NCBI GenBank assembly: GCA_016186695.1
Contig: JACPLC010000005.1
Span: 852 to 64,851, forward strand
DNA from: Candidatus Kaiserbacteria bacterium
Lineage (GTDB): Bacteria; Patescibacteriota; Minisyncoccia; Phycocordibacterales; UBA2100
DNA: 64,000 nt
Reading direction: 5' to 3'
This document shows, piece after piece, positions 20,242-29,552 of this stretch. The notes beneath the pieces are model-generated. The model made no database searches. It worked only from the letters and a program-made list of their open reading frames with translations, and was not told the DNA's origin. The stretch's first letter is position 1. Every line of letters begins with the position of its first letter. A program made the translations under genes and the position numbers.

Positions 20242-20748
20242 TTAGAAAACCTGCAGGTCGGAAGGATCGAGTGCAGGAGGATTTGCGAGACACGCTTTCA
20301 GTTCTGCCGTTTGCGTCCAGCCGCACGTTCCGTCTGTCTGCGGCTCGCAGGAAGCTTCTTTGTAGCATACATACTCCGCGCGGTACTCACACGTCGTGAC
20401 GATGTCCCCTGCCTCTTCGGCAGAAACACACAGCTGGCCGCTGCAGCCCGCAACGGCACAACCGTTGAAAGTCATCTCATCCGATGAAGGGACCATCTGG
20501 CGTTCGTTCACAAACGTGCGGCCGTCGGGAGTAGCACATCGCTCCGGATATGACTCCCCGCCCGACTGAACGCCGTCAGTCGTTCGGGCGGGCATAATGG
20601 GAAATCCTGCCGCAACACACTCATCAAAATTTGTTATTGAAAGCAGATACTGCTGCTGTCTATTTTGCGAAAGTGCAACAAGGAGGCCCGCGACAATCGT
20701 GAGAACCACGATGATGCCGATAAGTGTTGTCGTCGAGAGATTGCCCAT
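20242..20748 (-). CDS. membrane-anchored eight-cysteine-cluster domain protein
   Basis: FDECVAAG...ESYPERC; GCSGQLC...CEY...CY...C...CGW. Confidence 0.8.
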   Translation of the reverse strand: MGNLSTTTLIGIIVVLTIVAGLLVALSQNRQQQYLLSITNFDECVAAGFPIMPARTTDGVQSGGESYPERCATPDGRTFVNERQMVPSSDEMTFNGCAVAGCSGQLCVSAEEAGDIVTTCEYRAEYVCYKEASCEPQTDGTCGWTQTAELKACLANPPALDPSDLQVF

Positions 20749-20837
20749 AGACACAAGCATACCAGACGCGAATCGTGCGGAAATACTACTATCCACTTCT
20801 CTGCACCGGCACAGTGGTATGATGTACAGTACGTTCC

Positions 20838-21335
20838 ATGCAGATTCTCATTCGAGCAGCCGGATGGAGGGATTTCGGCGCCCTTCTACACTTACAACGA
20901 CAAGTCGTTCGTGAATCCGAACACTTGGCGGCAACAGGCGGAGAACGGAAGGAGCCAATCGTCTTTGCTTTTGCAAAAGCGGTTCTGCACCGGAAACGCG
21001 TGCATACACTGCTTGCGCTTAGCGAAAATCAACCGGTCGGCTACATCACGATTGTCTTCGGAAAGTTCCGGAAGGTCGGGGAAACCGCATACATCGTGGT
21101 GGGCGTGCGTGCCTCGCACCGCGGGCATGGTGTCGGCACGGCACTCCTCACCGAGGCCGAGAAATTTGCGCGCTCTCGCAAGATGCACCGGATGGAGCTT
21201 GAGGTGTTTGAGGGCAATGAGGGAGCGGTCCGGCTCTATGAGAAACTCGGCTACGCGATCGAGGGACGCCGCCGCGAGGCGGTAAAGACGCAAAACGGCT
21301 ACTCCGACATCATCTGGATGGGAAAACTGCTCTGA
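20838..21335 (+). CDS. GNAT acetyltransferase
   Basis: HRGHGVGTALL, NEGAVRLYEKLGY. Confidence 0.92.
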   Translation: MQILIRAAGWRDFGALLHLQRQVVRESEHLAATGGERKEPIVFAFAKAVLHRKRVHTLLALSENQPVGYITIVFGKFRKVGETAYIVVGVRASHRGHGVGTALLTEAEKFARSRKMHRMELEVFEGNEGAVRLYEKLGYAIEGRRREAVKTQNGYSDIIWMGKLL

Positions 21336-21370
21336 CTTGTCCGGAATACTTGAAATAGCTCGAATGCTCT

Positions 21371-21961
21371 TTAAAAATTGGGCGGAAGGCTAATAGAAAT
21401 CAGGCCGACCCATATAATGAATACTATTGCTGCGGCGTATACGCCATATTTTCCGATCACGCGACTGAGTTTTTGTGACCATTCGAATTTCTCAACAAGC
21501 CACACCACACCTAGGATGATAAACGAAAGCACGGATGCGATTGATAGGGTCTGAAATAAAAACGGGAACGAAAATATACTTTTCACTGCAAATGATCCGC
21601 AGGAAACATTTGCGCTGGCAAATGCTGTATCAACTATATTCCCGTAAAAACAGTAAAAGTAGCCGAATAATGCTGTTAGAGTCGCATACAAAATTGTGTA
21701 TGTGAGAACAATCTGCACAATTGCACTGCCTGGTTTCTGCGTTAGATTCCTGTAATAAATCTTTCGTGCGATATACAGTAGACTTGGAAAAATAGTCAAG
21801 GTAAGCTCAAATGAGAACATTGTTGGCAAGACTCTGTTGTAAATATCAGCGGCACTTATATTCCATACGGCAAGCCATATAAAAGTAAGAACATTAAAAC
21901 CCAGCCACCAAATAATATACAACCAAAGACGAGGTCTCTTCCGTTCCGTTCTGGGCCACAT
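21371..21961 (-). CDS. AT-rich multi-pass membrane protein
   Basis: 196 aa, about 5 hydrophobic segments, composition unlike neighbours. Confidence 0.7.
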   Translation of the reverse strand: MWPRTERKRPRLWLYIIWWLGFNVLTFIWLAVWNISAADIYNRVLPTMFSFELTLTIFPSLLYIARKIYYRNLTQKPGSAIVQIVLTYTILYATLTALFGYFYCFYGNIVDTAFASANVSCGSFAVKSIFSFPFLFQTLSIASVLSFIILGVVWLVEKFEWSQKLSRVIGKYGVYAAAIVFIIWVGLISISLPPNF

Positions 21962-22158
21962 GATTTAAGCTTAGCACCAATTCATTCCCTGAATTGAATG
22001 CATGTCAAAAATACATTTTTACCGAATGCGAAAGCGTGCCTTTGCATTGCACTTACTCTGCGTCGCCAGTAGACTACGCACGACACCCCGCGTCGTTCCC
22101 CGGTACCACAACGCTCCGCGTTGGCTACGGGGCAGGCAACGGATAGGATAGTTTGAAA

Positions 22159-22230
22159 GCTCCCATAGTTTAATGGATAGAACGTAAGCTTCCGGAGCTT
22201 ATGATCGAGGTTCGATTCCTCGTGGGAGCA
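22159..22230 (+). tRNA. tRNA-Arg(CCG)
   Basis: GCTCCCA...TGGGAGCA; anticodon arm TAAGC-TTCCGGA-GCTTA. Confidence 0.95.
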
Positions 22231-22290
22231 CAGAGTGAGATTCCTGCTTGCCCGTCCGTAGCTTTAGCGGAGGCGGGCCGCGGGGATAGT

Positions 22291-23247
22291 TTAGTCGGTC
22301 TCAAAAAGTTCGCTTAAGGATTCGCCGTCTTCGATACGTTGTATTGCCTCACCAAATACCTCACCTACCGACACAACTTCAATTTTTTGTGAAAGCGGCC
22401 TATCGGTCGAGATGGTGTCGGTGATGAAAAGTTTCTTAATGGAGGAGTTGTCGATTATCGAGCTTGCTTCTCCGCTCAATAGGCCGTGAGTCGCGCAGGC
22501 GTATACCTCCCGCGCACCGTTTTCGGTGAGCAGTTTGGCCGCGGTCGCGAGCGTTCCGCTCGTATCTGCCATATCGTCCACAATGAGCGCAATCTTGTCC
22601 TTCACATTCCCGATAAGCTTCATGCGGGTGACTTTGTTGGGCATCTCACGCTCTTTATGGATGATTGCGAGCTCCGCCTCCTTCATCAGACGCTTCGCAT
22701 AGGATTGCGCACGCACGACGCCGCCCACATCGGGAGAAACAACGACGAGATCGTCGGTGTCAATTGCCTTCCCAAAAAATTTCCGCAGATGTGGAATAAA
22801 AACCCTGCGCGCGAGAAGATTGTCGACGATCGCATTCCTAAAGTAGCCGCCGATGGCATCGTTGTGAAGATCCATCGTGAGGAAGCGGTTGGTGCCGAGC
22901 GTCTCGACGATTCCTGCAAAAACGCGCGCCGAGATCGGTTCACGCGGGCGGGATTTTCTGTCCTGCCGCGCGTAGCCGAAGTATGGGACCACGGCCGTTA
23001 TCTCACTCGCCGAAGCTCCGCGCGCGGCGTCTATCGCCAAGAAAAGCCGCACCCAATTTTCTGCGGGCGGCGGCGTGGATTGTAGGAGATAGACGTGCTT
23101 ACCACGGAGATTTTCCAAAAACTGCACGTACTGTTCGCCATCGGAAAAGACCTTGCACTTGATCTTCCCGAGCGGCACTCCGAGCTTTCCCGCAATCTTC
23201 TCCGCGAGTCCGTCGTTCGACCCGAGGCTGAAAATGCGGAAATCCAT
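22291..23247 (-). CDS. prs: ribose-phosphate pyrophosphokinase
   Basis: FSDGE, PYFGYARQDRK, DLH, VSPDVGG, VDDMADTSGT. Confidence 0.97.
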   Translation of the reverse strand: MDFRIFSLGSNDGLAEKIAGKLGVPLGKIKCKVFSDGEQYVQFLENLRGKHVYLLQSTPPPAENWVRLFLAIDAARGASASEITAVVPYFGYARQDRKSRPREPISARVFAGIVETLGTNRFLTMDLHNDAIGGYFRNAIVDNLLARRVFIPHLRKFFGKAIDTDDLVVVSPDVGGVVRAQSYAKRLMKEAELAIIHKEREMPNKVTRMKLIGNVKDKIALIVDDMADTSGTLATAAKLLTENGAREVYACATHGLLSGEASSIIDNSSIKKLFITDTISTDRPLSQKIEVVSVGEVFGEAIQRIEDGESLSELFETD

Positions 23248-23261
23248 GAAAAGAGTATACC

Positions 23262-23705
23262 CTAGTGGAGCTTAGGATGCCAGAGAATTACTTCCACATT
23301 CCGCTTCCCTTTGAACGTCCAATGGTGCAAAACAGGATGACCGCGTTTGAAACTGTTACTAACGGCCCTGTCCTTCGGCACGTAAAACCCTATGTGCCGG
23401 TGTTTGCTTCCGTCTTTGAACTTCTTTTCTTCCCACACGAGCACTGCTCCCACGCGGGGGGCACGGACTTTTTTCCAACCGGCCGCCTCGAGCGCCCGAA
23501 CCGTGCCGTCAACTGTGCCATGCGACCTTCGTATGAACTTAAACATGGCGAGGATCGAGGAGACATGGAACGCACACGAGAGCTCGCCGCTTCGCAGAAT
23601 GTCGACCCTTTTCCGGCCAACGCGTGCGTAATACGTGCGAAATATCCTCGCGCCGACGCTGTTTCGGATAGCAGCTAGATACGTTTCAAAAAGTAACGGT
23701 TTCAC
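23262..23705 (-). CDS. hypothetical protein, papain/CHAP-like Cys-His pattern
   Basis: SCAFHVSSIL...GAVLVW...HIGF. Confidence 0.6.
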   Translation of the reverse strand: MKPLLFETYLAAIRNSVGARIFRTYYARVGRKRVDILRSGELSCAFHVSSILAMFKFIRRSHGTVDGTVRALEAAGWKKVRAPRVGAVLVWEEKKFKDGSKHRHIGFYVPKDRAVSNSFKRGHPVLHHWTFKGKRNVEVILWHPKLH

Positions 23706-23890
23706 CTCGACCGAAGAATAACATCACTCGCGAGTACTCGCGATTCAGCTCGCTAGCCGCTATAATCTCTGACGCGCACCCTTAGCTCCCGCCTTCGCTC
23801 AGAAGGTGTCTGAGCTTCGGCGGGCGAGATGTGATTAGTATGATCACTGCTTGCCCTTCGGAGCTCCGAGCTAACTCGGAGCGTAGTAGG

Positions 23891-23964
23891 GCACCCTTAG
23901 CTCAGTTGGTTAGAGCGTTCGATTCACATTCGAAAGGTCTCAGGTTCGAACCCTGAAGGGTGCA
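23891..23964 (+). tRNA. tRNA-Val(CAC)
   Basis: GCACCCT...AGGGTGCA; TTCGA-TTCACAT-TCGAA. Confidence 0.95.
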
Positions 23965-24108
23965 CAGCCGACATGAGATTTGCCCTGCGGCAAATCGAAT
24001 GCGGTTGTGCAAGCCGGAGCGATGTCGCGAGCGCAAAGGGTGCGAGCGACCGCGAGGCGGGGTCGCGACCGAGCAAGCGGAAGCGAGCGAGAGTTGTGAC
24101 CACAATGG

Positions 24109-24179
24109 CGGGCCGTAGTATACCGGTAGTACACACGCTTCGGGTGCGTGTAGACCGGGTTCGATTCCCGGCGGCCCGA
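24109..24179 (+). tRNA. tRNA-Pro(CGG)
   Basis: CGGGCCG...CGGCCCGA; CACGC-TTCGGGT-GCGTG. Confidence 0.95.
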
Positions 24180-24181
24180 CA

Positions 24182-24252
24182 CGGGATGTCGTATAGTGGT
24201 AGTACGCAAGCATGGGGTGCTTGTAGCCCGAGTTCGATTCTCGGCATCCCGA
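24182..24252 (+). tRNA. tRNA-Pro(GGG)
   Basis: CGGGATG...CATCCCGA; CAAGC-ATGGGGT-GCTTG. Confidence 0.93.
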
Positions 24253-24434
24253 AACGTTGTGAGGGTGCAGCACAGCGCCTTCGCGCTGTGCGTCGAGAAT
24301 CGAACGCCGGAGCGATGCCGAGCGAGCACGCGAGGCAGCGAGGCGGTGGTCAGACCGAGGCGAACGACGGTGAGCCGAGAGGCGAGACCATTTCTCGGCA
24401 TCCCGACAAGGAAATGTTATATTCTCTCATTACC

Positions 24435-24505
24435 GGGCCTATAGGTAAGTGGTATACCGGTGCATTCGCATTGCACAGTCTCGAGTTCGATTCTCGATAG
24501 GTCCA
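24435..24505 (+). tRNA. tRNA-Ala(CGC)
   Basis: GGGCCTA...TAGGTCCA; GTGCA-TTCGCAT-TGCAC. Confidence 0.9.
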
Positions 24506-24525
24506 CCCAAAGTAGATTCAAGCCT

Positions 24526-25017
24526 TTACACTTTGCACGTCTCGCACTTGCAGTCTCTGCAGCAGGCGCAATCCCCCGCGCGGCAATCGGGACATATATT
24601 GCCCGGACACTTCTTATACGGAATACGGAATGGTCCCGGACCATAGACTTTCACCATGAGGAGTCCGCCGATGATGGCGAGGTTTTTGAGGAACATCGAC
24701 TGCTGCAACGGATCAGCGAGATTCATGTGATACGCGAGTGTCGCAAGAACCGTGAATATCGCAAGCGCAAATGCCGCGATTCTCGCGTGAAAGCCGAGGA
24801 TGAGCGCTATCGCTCCGCCGAGCTCGACAATGATAGTGAGTACTGCCAATATTTCCGGCATTGGAAGTCCCGCCGAGGCGATGTAGGCGACCGCGCCCTC
24901 AAAACCGGTGAGCTTGCTCCAACCTGCTACCAAGAACACAAGCCCGAGTAAGACTCGAGCGAGCACGACGGCATACGTTTTCCACCCCGTCTCGCATTTC
25001 AAACATCCACATCCCAT
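24526..25017 (-). CDS. DoxX family membrane protein with Cys-rich termini
   Basis: ARVLLGLVF, ELGGAI, FLKNLAIIGGLL, GPG. Confidence 0.9.
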   Translation of the reverse strand: MGCGCLKCETGWKTYAVVLARVLLGLVFLVAGWSKLTGFEGAVAYIASAGLPMPEILAVLTIIVELGGAIALILGFHARIAAFALAIFTVLATLAYHMNLADPLQQSMFLKNLAIIGGLLMVKVYGPGPFRIPYKKCPGNICPDCRAGDCACCRDCKCETCKV

Positions 25018-25094
25018 ATGTTTTGAAGGTTAGCGAATATGCACTAAGGGTAGCGCGGATATCTGCGGCGTCAATCCCGACGCTGGGGTCGGGG

Positions 25095-25577
25095 CTATTT
25101 AATGTTCACGATTTTGTACTTCTGCGAGCCTTTGGGCGTATCGAACGAGAACACCTCGCCCCTCTTCTTCGCCATCAGGGCGGAACCCAGCGGCGAGAGG
25201 TGCGAGATCTTGTGTTCCTGCATGTTGGCTTCGGCACTTCCCACTATTTCATAGGTGTGCTCCTCTTTCTCGCCCTGCTTTTGGATGGTCACCGTGCTTC
25301 CGAGTGAAACCGCGTTCCCCTTTCCGCCCTTTCCGTGCTCGATGATACGCGCACGGCTAAGCTCCCCTTCGATCGTCCGGATCCTGTCTTCACTCGCCGC
25401 TTGCAGATTCCGCGCCTCCTCGTATTCAGCATTTTCGGAAAGATCGCCGAGGGATCTGGCGTACTCGAGCTGCTCCGCTATCTCGCGTCGCCGCACCGTT
25501 TTCAAATATTCGAGTTCTTGCGTCAACTCATCGAATTTTTCCTTCGTGAGGTAATTGGCATTATCTTCGTCATTCAT
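25095..25577 (-). CDS. greA: transcription elongation factor GreA
   Basis: GDLSENAEY, ISHLSPLG. Confidence 0.97.
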   Translation of the reverse strand: MNDEDNANYLTKEKFDELTQELEYLKTVRRREIAEQLEYARSLGDLSENAEYEEARNLQAASEDRIRTIEGELSRARIIEHGKGGKGNAVSLGSTVTIQKQGEKEEHTYEIVGSAEANMQEHKISHLSPLGSALMAKKRGEVFSFDTPKGSQKYKIVNIK

Positions 25578-25597
25578 GCGCGAGCATTATACCCTAG

Positions 25598-25727
25598 TAA
25601 ATCAAAATGCAAATATCAAAATACAAAGTGACAGAGCGCCGCCCCAGCGGCGCAGGCCAATGAACGCGAATTTTGCTGCACAAAATTCGCACAACAATTT
25701 TGATTTTTGATTTTTGATATTTGATTT
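25598..25727. repeat. intergenic element with inverted heptamer-repeat ends
   Basis: AAATCAAAATGCAAATATCAAAAT ... ATTTTGATTTTTGATTTTTGATATTTGATTT, with internal hairpin GCGAATTTTG...CAAAATTCGC. Confidence 0.75.
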
Positions 25728-27438
25728 ATCTGATGTATTCAGGTTTGTTCGCGATGAGCCACTCAAAAAACGGTCGCAAGCCGGGGGCCGCGCCCGAGAG
25801 AGTTCCCGCGCGCGCTTTTTCCAAGACGGCCGCGTATGCATACTGCGGATCCTCAGCCGGCCAGAAGCCGACCGACCACGAATTTATCCACTCGTTCTTG
25901 GGGCCGATCTGCGCGGTGCCCGTTTTTGCCGCGATCGCTATTCCCGACATGTTGAGGACTTTGACCGTCGCATCATGCCGCGTCGAGGTAACAGCCATGC
26001 GCATACCTTCGCGCACCACCTGCAGATACGAATCCGGAATACCAACTGTCTCATATTGCGGTGTCGAGCTTGCCATTATCTGCGGAACTAGAAGCTTGCC
26101 GCCGTTTGCGATAGTCGCGATGAAGCGTGCCGCCTGCAGCGGCGTAATCTGAAATCCATACTGTCCTATCGCCGTGTGGTAGGTGTTCCCGATGCGCCAC
26201 GGATCATCCTCGCCAAAAACTTCGGCTTTCCATTCGGGCGTCGGGATGACTCCCGCCTCCTCTCCCAAAAGCGAGACGCCCGTCGGCTCTCCCAAGCCGA
26301 AGAGTCGTGCGTATTCGTCGATACGCCGTATCCCGAGACCCACCTGCGAACCGTACCCTCCGCCGATGGTGTAGAAGTACTCGTCCGAAGAAACAGCGAG
26401 TGCCTCCCGCATGTCGATCGCTCCATGCACCGTCCAGTCACGATAGACAGACGGTTTTTCAGGATCGTACGGATTCGGGATCGTGATAGCGCCTGTGGAA
26501 ACGACCTCTTTTTCGGGATCAATGATGCCTTCTTGGAGCGCGGCAGCTGCAAGGATCGGCTTCACGATAGAGCCCGGAGCGTACAGGCCGGAAACAGCGC
26601 GGTTCAAAAGCGGTGAGCGCGGATCGTTGCTCGCTGCACGGACTTCTTCGATCTTTCCTGCGGCAAATGCCGCATGGTCGTAGCCTGGGAAACTCGTAAG
26701 CGCAAGAAGTTCACCGGTTTTCACATTCATAATGACGGCAGCGCCACCGACAAATCCCTGCCGATTCGCATGCGCTGAAAGAAGCGAGGAGAGCTTATTC
26801 TGCACTTCTGCGTCGATCGAGAGGATCACGTCCCTCCCGCTTTCGGGCTGATCGATGAGCACCTGTTCCTGCGCTACCCCTGTCGCATCCGTCTCAACCA
26901 TCGTGCTGCCGTTTTTGCCTGCAAGTACAGCATCGAAGGCACGCTCGATTCCCGAAACGCCCGCGGTCTCTTCTCGCCACCACTCCCCACTCGCATCGGC
27001 TTTCGGGTAGCGCACGAACCCGATGAGGTGCGAAAGGCCGGACATGTCAGCATATCCGCGTAGCGCAAACGACAGCGGAGACGTGCTTGAGGCGGGAGCA
27101 ACGTTCCATGCGAGTTTGCGGCCGGTCCTGTCGTAGATCTCGCCGCGCGTCGCAAACACGAGAGAGCGGGAGAGATGGTTCTCGCGGGAGATGTCGGCAT
27201 ATACGGTGCCATTCAGGACTGCTAGATCGAAGAGACGTGCTCCGAAAACAAGGAGGGCGAGTGAGAACGCAAGCCCGACGCCGAGGATCGCGTGGTTCCC
27301 CAGCGGTCCCACAACCCTGCCTTCGAACTGCGGATCGTCGCGACGGGGAAGATTCGAGGAATCGATAAAGATATCTTCGGGCGCAATCTCGCGGACACCC
27401 CATGATTTTCTTCCAAGCAGCATCAGGCCAATATACAA
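25726..27438 (-). CDS. mrdA: penicillin-binding protein 2
   Basis: PGSIVK, SSD, KTGTAQ; downstream of mreBC. Confidence 0.9.
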   Translation of the reverse strand: MYIGLMLLGRKSWGVREIAPEDIFIDSSNLPRRDDPQFEGRVVGPLGNHAILGVGLAFSLALLVFGARLFDLAVLNGTVYADISRENHLSRSLVFATRGEIYDRTGRKLAWNVAPASSTSPLSFALRGYADMSGLSHLIGFVRYPKADASGEWWREETAGVSGIERAFDAVLAGKNGSTMVETDATGVAQEQVLIDQPESGRDVILSIDAEVQNKLSSLLSAHANRQGFVGGAAVIMNVKTGELLALTSFPGYDHAAFAAGKIEEVRAASNDPRSPLLNRAVSGLYAPGSIVKPILAAAALQEGIIDPEKEVVSTGAITIPNPYDPEKPSVYRDWTVHGAIDMREALAVSSDEYFYTIGGGYGSQVGLGIRRIDEYARLFGLGEPTGVSLLGEEAGVIPTPEWKAEVFGEDDPWRIGNTYHTAIGQYGFQITPLQAARFIATIANGGKLLVPQIMASSTPQYETVGIPDSYLQVVREGMRMAVTSTRHDATVKVLNMSGIAIAAKTGTAQIGPKNEWINSWSVGFWPAEDPQYAYAAVLEKARAGTLSGAAPGLRPFFEWLIANKPEYIR

Positions 27439-27446
27439 TCACGCAC

Positions 27447-27731
27447 TTATCGCGTCAGAAATTCGCTCCGTAGAGGTTCCAATCCCCACATAAGCGCGAG
27501 ACCTGCGAGCGTAAAAAGTGGTAGTGAAGCGAGAAGTCCTTCGCCGCTCGGGGCAAGCCATATGAGATCGACAAAAAGACCGATCGCCGGGATCTCCCAC
27601 GCGGCGAAACGGAATGCGAGCAACACCATCACCAGAAGCGGAACCCATGGCGGCAAGAGGACCGCTCCTAGAAAGCCGAGTGCCGCAAGGAGCGGACGTG
27701 CATTATTAGCGATTCGGTACAACATACACAA
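27447..27731 (-). CDS. small membrane protein in the mreD position
   Basis: Hydrophobic ORF between mreC and mrdA. Confidence 0.6.
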   Translation of the reverse strand: MCMLYRIANNARPLLAALGFLGAVLLPPWVPLLVMVLLAFRFAAWEIPAIGLFVDLIWLAPSGEGLLASLPLFTLAGLALMWGLEPLRSEFLTR

Positions 27732-28494
27732 ACTGCAGCTTCGAAAGATTCACAGGAGTGCGCACGTAGACACTTTGGTATGCACTCCCTGAATCGGAAG
27801 ACACAGCGCCGACAACGCCGATCAGTCGTCCGCCGAATAGTGCCGAGGTGACCGAATCACCTTCCGCGACCGAAAGCGTACGCGGGGCTTTTGCACGTGC
27901 ATTACCGCCTCCCTGTCCTTCGAAAAGAAGCACGGCCCCCCGAAGTTCTCCTTCGGCAGAAACCCCTGGTGCAAAAACCTCCTTTACGAGCGAACTATGC
28001 TCACCCGCTTCGGTGATCCGCCCGATAACAAAGCTCCTCCCACCCCCCGCCATCACCATGCTTCCCGCGGAAATCCCCTCTGCTGTGCCGGCCCCAACCA
28101 TAAATGTTCCATACGGGGACGAGCGTACGGACGAGACAATCGGCGCGGTTATGCCTCCCGTACTTTCCGCAAGATGAACGACCTCCCGAAGCTCCGCGTT
28201 TTCGTTCTTGAGCGTTTCGATTTCCGCAGTCTCCACTTCGAATTCTATAATTTTTTGCTTCAGAGCATCATTTTCAGTCTGAAGTGAACGGCGACTCGAA
28301 AAATATCCACTTCCGAAGACTGCTGATTCAATCCTCGAACCCGCGCTCCACACAATCATCGAGGCAGTGCGAGCAATGCCACGGAAAAATCCGCCAGAGA
28401 GTATGTCGAGAGCAAATAGTGCAACGACGATAACAGTCGCGATAAGAAGGCGCCTTCTTGCCTTTCTGCGGTCACTCCGTAGGTACGAGCTCAT
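27706..28494 (-). CDS. mreC: rod shape-determining protein MreC
   Basis: TM, coiled coil (ENAELRE), beta-rich C-terminus; follows mreB. Confidence 0.88.
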   Translation of the reverse strand: MSSYLRSDRRKARRRLLIATVIVVALFALDILSGGFFRGIARTASMIVWSAGSRIESAVFGSGYFSSRRSLQTENDALKQKIIEFEVETAEIETLKNENAELREVVHLAESTGGITAPIVSSVRSSPYGTFMVGAGTAEGISAGSMVMAGGGRSFVIGRITEAGEHSSLVKEVFAPGVSAEGELRGAVLLFEGQGGGNARAKAPRTLSVAEGDSVTSALFGGRLIGVVGAVSSDSGSAYQSVYVRTPVNLSKLQFVYVVPNR

Positions 28495-29551
28495 CGTCAG
28501 ACGTGAGTATCGCTTCGCGGTAGCGGTCGATATCATCGAGAACGACGCTCGTTCCGCGTACGACCGCTGTCAGCGGATCAGGATCAACATTGACTGGAAC
28601 ACCTAGGCTATCGGTCAGAAATTCCGGAAGTCCTCGGATAAGCGCACCTCCCCCCACAAGATGCATACCCCGTTGCATAATGTCGGAAACCAATTCAGGC
28701 GGCGTCGTCTCAAGCACCTCTTTCACGGCCTCGACCAACTCTTCGATGGAATGACCGAGCGCATTGCGCACGTCCTGATCGGAGAGCGAGATCTCACGCG
28801 GCAGCCCCGAAACGAGGTCGCGGCCCCGCGCATACGATTCAACCCGATCGCTCCTCGAGGCGACAGAGGCAAGAGCAATTTTTAGTTCCTCTGCCGTTTT
28901 TTCGCCGATGAGAAGCTTAAATTCGTTCCGAATGTGTGAGACAATGTCGGCATTGAAGCGATCGCCCGCGATGCGCGCGTTTCGCGCATTCACCAATCCG
29001 CCAAGGGAAATGACGCCGATGTCGGTCGTGCCACCGCCGATGTCGACGACCATGCTTCCATGTGGCTCGTGCACCGGAAGCTCAATACCGATTGCCGCCG
29101 CCATCGGTTCTTCCAAGATGAGCACTTCGCGCGCGCCTGCGGCGCGCGCGGCATCCCTGACCGCGCGCACCTCGACAGAGGTGATACCGGAGGGAACACC
29201 GACACACACACGCGGTCCCAAAAGTTTTGTGTGTCCAGCCTGCGCTTTGTTGATGAGATAGGCGAGCATTTCAGAGGTAACCTCGAAGTCGGAGATGACA
29301 CCTTCGACGACGGGTTGTACCGCGACAATGTGTTGCGGCGTTCTCCCGACCATTTCTTTTGCCTGCGCACCCACCGCGACGATTTGCCCCGTTTTCTGGT
29401 TCATCGCGACGAGTGAAGGCTCATTGATAACGATGCCGCGCCCCTTCACGTATACCAACGTGTTTGCGGTACCGAGATCGATGCCGATGTCATTAGAAAA
29501 AAGTCCCAAGATCCTGTCTTTGTACCTGCGCATTCTGTTCATGAAGCTCAT
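28472..29551 (-). CDS. mreB: rod shape-determining protein MreB
   Basis: IGIDLGTANT, EEPMAAAIG, DIGGGTT. Confidence 0.96.
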   Translation of the reverse strand: MSFMNRMRRYKDRILGLFSNDIGIDLGTANTLVYVKGRGIVINEPSLVAMNQKTGQIVAVGAQAKEMVGRTPQHIVAVQPVVEGVISDFEVTSEMLAYLINKAQAGHTKLLGPRVCVGVPSGITSVEVRAVRDAARAAGAREVLILEEPMAAAIGIELPVHEPHGSMVVDIGGGTTDIGVISLGGLVNARNARIAGDRFNADIVSHIRNEFKLLIGEKTAEELKIALASVASRSDRVESYARGRDLVSGLPREISLSDQDVRNALGHSIEELVEAVKEVLETTPPELVSDIMQRGMHLVGGGALIRGLPEFLTDSLGVPVNVDPDPLTAVVRGTSVVLDDIDRYREAILTSDDELVPTE

Positions 29552-29552
29552 A

